From Candidatus Metalachnospira sp. (lineage in GTDB: Bacteria; Bacillota; Clostridia; Lachnospirales; Anaerotignaceae): DNA of 64,000 bases. The position numbers were made by a program, and so were the translations under genes. Below are positions 60,669-64,000 of the stretch, piece after piece (position 1 is the stretch's first letter; every line of letters starts with the position of its first letter). The notes under the pieces were generated by a model that was not told the origin of the DNA, did not search any database, and saw only the letters and a program-made list of their open reading frames with translations. Location of the stretch: positions 7,808-71,807 of the forward strand of contig JAXGOV010000010.1 in the NCBI GenBank assembly GCA_040767305.1, read 5' to 3'.

Positions 60669-63600
60669 ATGTATGAAAAATTCAGCAAAGTATTCGGAAA
60701 AGTAAAAATAGATACAGCAGAGAGAGAAGCCTTCAGCGATGCATATGTTGAAAGGCTTGCTGTTTCTAAAAGCACAAAAATACTCCATGCGGATGTGTTA
60801 TCCAAAAAGTTAATTCCGAATAAATGCAAATTAAAAATTGAAAAATGTATTTTCGATACAATTGGAGCTGTTCACAAGGTTGAAATTTGTATACGCTATG
60901 ATAGTGAAAACAAAACGCCTAGAGAAGCGTTTGATTTCATATGGAGTGATATAGTTGAAACGCTTTCGGCTGAAAGTCCGGTTTGCAGTTGTGTGTTTGA
61001 AAGCTGCAAAATAATGTCTGAGGGCAATAAGATTACAATATTGACAGGGCATAATGCAGCATTTTATATGTATCGAAAGGGCATTGATAAATACATAGAA
61101 AATCGAATAAGAGATGAATTTGGAATAGATATAGTTATCGGCTTTAAAAATTTAAAAGCATCCGAAGACGAGAAAAAGAAGCACAATGATGAACGTGCTT
61201 CATATGAAAAACAGCTTATTGATGCAATTGTAGGCGAACAGATAATGAAGGAAACTGCAAAGGAAAATGCAAAGGCCGATGCTCAGCAGGCTAATATGGC
61301 TAAGGGTATAATTATCGGCAAGGAGTTTTCAGGCGAAGTAACCCAAATTGTTAACACCAAAATTGAAGGCGAAAAGGTTATCATTGAGGGTGATGTCTTC
61401 AATATCGAGGAAAGAGAAATTAAGGGTGATAAATACATTGTTTCATTTGACATTACTGACGGCTCTGACTCAACAACAGTAAAATTTTTCACTGAAAAGA
61501 GACTCTATGACTGTGACGGCGGAATAAAGTCTGCCATTAAGGGTGCATATGTCAGAGTTAAGGGTGAGGTTCAGTTTGATAAGTATGTCAAAGAAATTAT
61601 TATAATGACCAGAGATATAGAAAAAGCTGAAAGACCTCCTGAACGAATTGATACAAGTGAAGAAAAACGAGTGGAGCTTCATCTGCATACAACAATGAGC
61701 ACTATGGACGCAGTAACAGATGTTAAGGACTACATAAAACGTGCTGTTAAATGGGGACATAAAGCAATCGCTGTAACCGACCACGGCGTTGTTCAGGCAT
61801 ATCCGTTTGCTATGGACGCCGCTGACGGAAAGGATATTAAGATCATTTATGGTGTAGAAGCATATCTCATTGACGACCTTGGCGAAGTTGTTTTTAATAA
61901 CAGGGGACAAAACTTTGATGATGAATATGTTGTGTTTGATATTGAGACAACCGGTCTTAACAAAGAACGAAACAAAATAATCGAAATAGGCGCAGTTAAG
62001 ATAAAAAACAGAGAAATAATCGACAGATATTCTGTTTTTATAGATCCGCAGGAAAGATTAACCGATGAAATTGTTAATCTCACTAATATAACTGACGGCA
62101 TGCTCATAGGTCAGAGAACCATAGATGAGGTATTGCCTGAGTTTCTTGAATTTGCGGGAAATGCCGTTCTTGTTGCGCATAATGCTTCATTTGATACAGG
62201 CTTTGTGCGCATAAAAGCAGAAGAGCTTGGCATAACAACGTTTAATAATACAATACTTGATACATTAGAGCTGTCCAGAACGCTGCTTAAAGACATTAAA
62301 AAGCATAAGCTTGATATTGTAGCAAAGCGTCTTGGCGTAAGCCTTGAAGGACACCATAGAGCGGTAAATGACGCTGAGGCAACCGCTGAAATATTCTTAA
62401 AACTTGTAGAAATGCTTGAGGAAAATGATGTACATGACCTCAGTAAAGTAAATATATTTGCCAGCAGAACGGTTAATTATAATAAATTAAGATCGTACCA
62501 TACAATAATACTTGTTAAAAACCTAGTTGGTCTGAGACACCTGTATGAATTGATTTCTGCGTCACATCTGGATTATTATTTCAAACAGCCGAGAATACCA
62601 AAGAGTAAGCTGATTGAAAAAAGAGAAGGACTAATTGTTGGCAGTGCCTGTGAGGCCGGTGAGCTTTACAGAGCACTCCTTGATATGAAGTCAAAGGAAT
62701 ATATAAACAATATAGTCAACTTCTATGATTATCTTGAAATACAGCCGCTTGGCAACAATATGTTTATGATAGATTCAGACAGAGTATCTGCGGTAAATTC
62801 AATTGAGGATATAAAAAATTTCAATCGTAAAATAGTTGAGCTTGGTGAAGTGCATAATAAGCCGGTTGTTGCGACATGTGATGTTCATTTTATAGATCCG
62901 GAGGATTCTGTTTACAGGAAAATACTGATGTTCGCAAAGGGGTTTGATGATGCAGAAAAACAGCCGCCTCTTTACTTTAGAACAACAGAAGAAATGCTTA
63001 GGGAATTCCAATACCTAGGCGAGGAAAAGGCAAGAGAAATAGTAATCACAAACACAAATTTGATTGCTGATATGATAGAAAAAATAAAGCCTGTTCCGGA
63101 CGGTACATTCCCTCCGAACATTGAGGGTGCGGAAGAACAGATTCAGCAGATTGCAATGGATAAGGCTCATTCAATTTATGGAGATCCTTTGCCGCTGATT
63201 GTTCAGGAAAGACTTGACAAAGAACTTAAATCTATTATTAAAAACGGTTTCTCTGTCATGTACATAATTGCACAAAAGCTCGTTTGGAAGTCCAATGATG
63301 ACGGATATCTGGTTGGCTCACGTGGTTCGGTTGGCTCATCATTTGTTGCAAATATGACGGGTATAACGGAAGTTAATTCATTGCCGCCGCATTATGTATG
63401 CCCCAACTGCAAGTATTCCGACTTTGAATCCGAAGAAGTGCAGAATGTATTTATGGTAGGCGGTTCAGGTGTGGATATGCCTGATAAAGTCTGCCCCAAA
63501 TGCGGTACCATGCTTAAAAAGGACGGACATGACATTCCATTTGAAACGTTCCTTGGCTTTGACGGAGATAAAGAGCCCGATATCGACCTTAATTTCTCCG

Positions 63601-64000
63601 GAGAATATCAGCAGCAGGCACATGCCTATACCGAAGTGCTATTCGGAAAAGGGCATGTTTTTAAAGCCGGAACTATCGGTACATTGGCTGATAAAACGGC
63701 ATACGGGTATGTAAAGAAATATATGGACGAGCATAACCTTATTCTGCATAATGCTGAAATAAACCGACTCGTAAATGGCTGTACAGGTGTCAAAAGAACA
63801 ACAGGACAGCACCCTGGCGGACTTATGATTGTTCCTAAGGATAAGGAAATATTTGAGTTCTGCCCGATACAGCATCCTGCCGATGATGTTAAATCAACTA
63901 TAATAACAACGCACTTTGATTACCATTCAATAAGCGGTCGTATACTTAAGCTTGACCTTCTCGGCCATGATGATCCTACGTTTATTCGTATGCTTTATGA
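60669..64000 (+). CDS. polC: DNA polymerase III alpha, PolC type (runs off the window end; missing from the ORF track)
   Basis: One frame from ATG 60669 contains RVELHLHT (PHP), VFDIETTG (exonuclease), GSRGSVGSS, KEPDIDLNFSG and KLDLLGHDDPT. Confidence 0.95.
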   Translation, partial: MYEKFSKVFGKVKIDTAEREAFSDAYVERLAVSKSTKILHADVLSKKLIPNKCKLKIEKCIFDTIGAVHKVEICIRYDSENKTPREAFDFIWSDIVETLSAESPVCSCVFESCKIMSEGNKITILTGHNAAFYMYRKGIDKYIENRIRDEFGIDIVIGFKNLKASEDEKKKHNDERASYEKQLIDAIVGEQIMKETAKENAKADAQQANMAKGIIIGKEFSGEVTQIVNTKIEGEKVIIEGDVFNIEEREIKGDKYIVSFDITDGSDSTTVKFFTEKRLYDCDGGIKSAIKGAYVRVKGEVQFDKYVKEIIIMTRDIEKAERPPERIDTSEEKRVELHLHTTMSTMDAVTDVKDYIKRAVKWGHKAIAVTDHGVVQAYPFAMDAADGKDIKIIYGVEAYLIDDLGEVVFNNRGQNFDDEYVVFDIETTGLNKERNKIIEIGAVKIKNREIIDRYSVFIDPQERLTDEIVNLTNITDGMLIGQRTIDEVLPEFLEFAGNAVLVAHNASFDTGFVRIKAEELGITTFNNTILDTLELSRTLLKDIKKHKLDIVAKRLGVSLEGHHRAVNDAEATAEIFLKLVEMLEENDVHDLSKVNIFASRTVNYNKLRSYHTIILVKNLVGLRHLYELISASHLDYYFKQPRIPKSKLIEKREGLIVGSACEAGELYRALLDMKSKEYINNIVNFYDYLEIQPLGNNMFMIDSDRVSAVNSIEDIKNFNRKIVELGEVHNKPVVATCDVHFIDPEDSVYRKILMFAKGFDDAEKQPPLYFRTTEEMLREFQYLGEEKAREIVITNTNLIADMIEKIKPVPDGTFPPNIEGAEEQIQQIAMDKAHSIYGDPLPLIVQERLDKELKSIIKNGFSVMYIIAQKLVWKSNDDGYLVGSRGSVGSSFVANMTGITEVNSLPPHYVCPNCKYSDFESEEVQNVFMVGGSGVDMPDKVCPKCGTMLKKDGHDIPFETFLGFDGDKEPDIDLNFSGEYQQQAHAYTEVLFGKGHVFKAGTIGTLADKTAYGYVKKYMDEHNLILHNAEINRLVNGCTGVKRTTGQHPGGLMIVPKDKEIFEFCPIQHPADDVKSTIITTHFDYHSISGRILKLDLLGHDDPTFIRMLY

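Noticed and set aside
60587-63875. Short ORFs listed in the track for the last 3.4 kb
   Set aside because: They are shadows of the single polC frame starting at 60669, which the track omits because it has no stop inside the window

Overview
This window is core chromosome of a low-GC, spore-forming Clostridia bacterium (gpr, polC and csaB/tagA are present; a Lachnospirales-like gene order is inferred). I found no rRNA, tRNA, CRISPR array, prophage or transposase. Contents in order: methionine gamma-lyase; DUF3006, a ComEC-like MBL lipoprotein and HxlR divergent from a FadH-like flavoenzyme; dedA; larE-larB-larC without larA; mltG-trmR-trhP; an unannotated DUF1540 small protein; perR; trmL; rmuC; rpsT/gpr; ABC-F; acpS-nnr-gerS-like-alr-mazF; a ~17 kb cell-wall polymer region (LtaS-like, two LCP, NAGPA-domain protein, murJ, ligase/polymerase, GT4, two DUF4330, GT4-CsaB fusion, tagA); yitT; PucR-ftsEX; rsmB-rlmN-stp-prkC-rsgA-rpe-thiN; pyrH-frr-uppS-cdsA-dxr-rseP-ispG-polC (polC runs off the window edge). 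About ten genes carry indels that look like consensus errors. The best lead is the EndoA/MazF toxin: it has no protein antitoxin gene, and its place is taken by a ~125-nt structured RNA carrying two UACAU sites (the known cleavage sequence of this toxin subfamily) facing each other in one hairpin, plus anti-SD pairings. A second structured RNA lies in the rpsT 5' leader.
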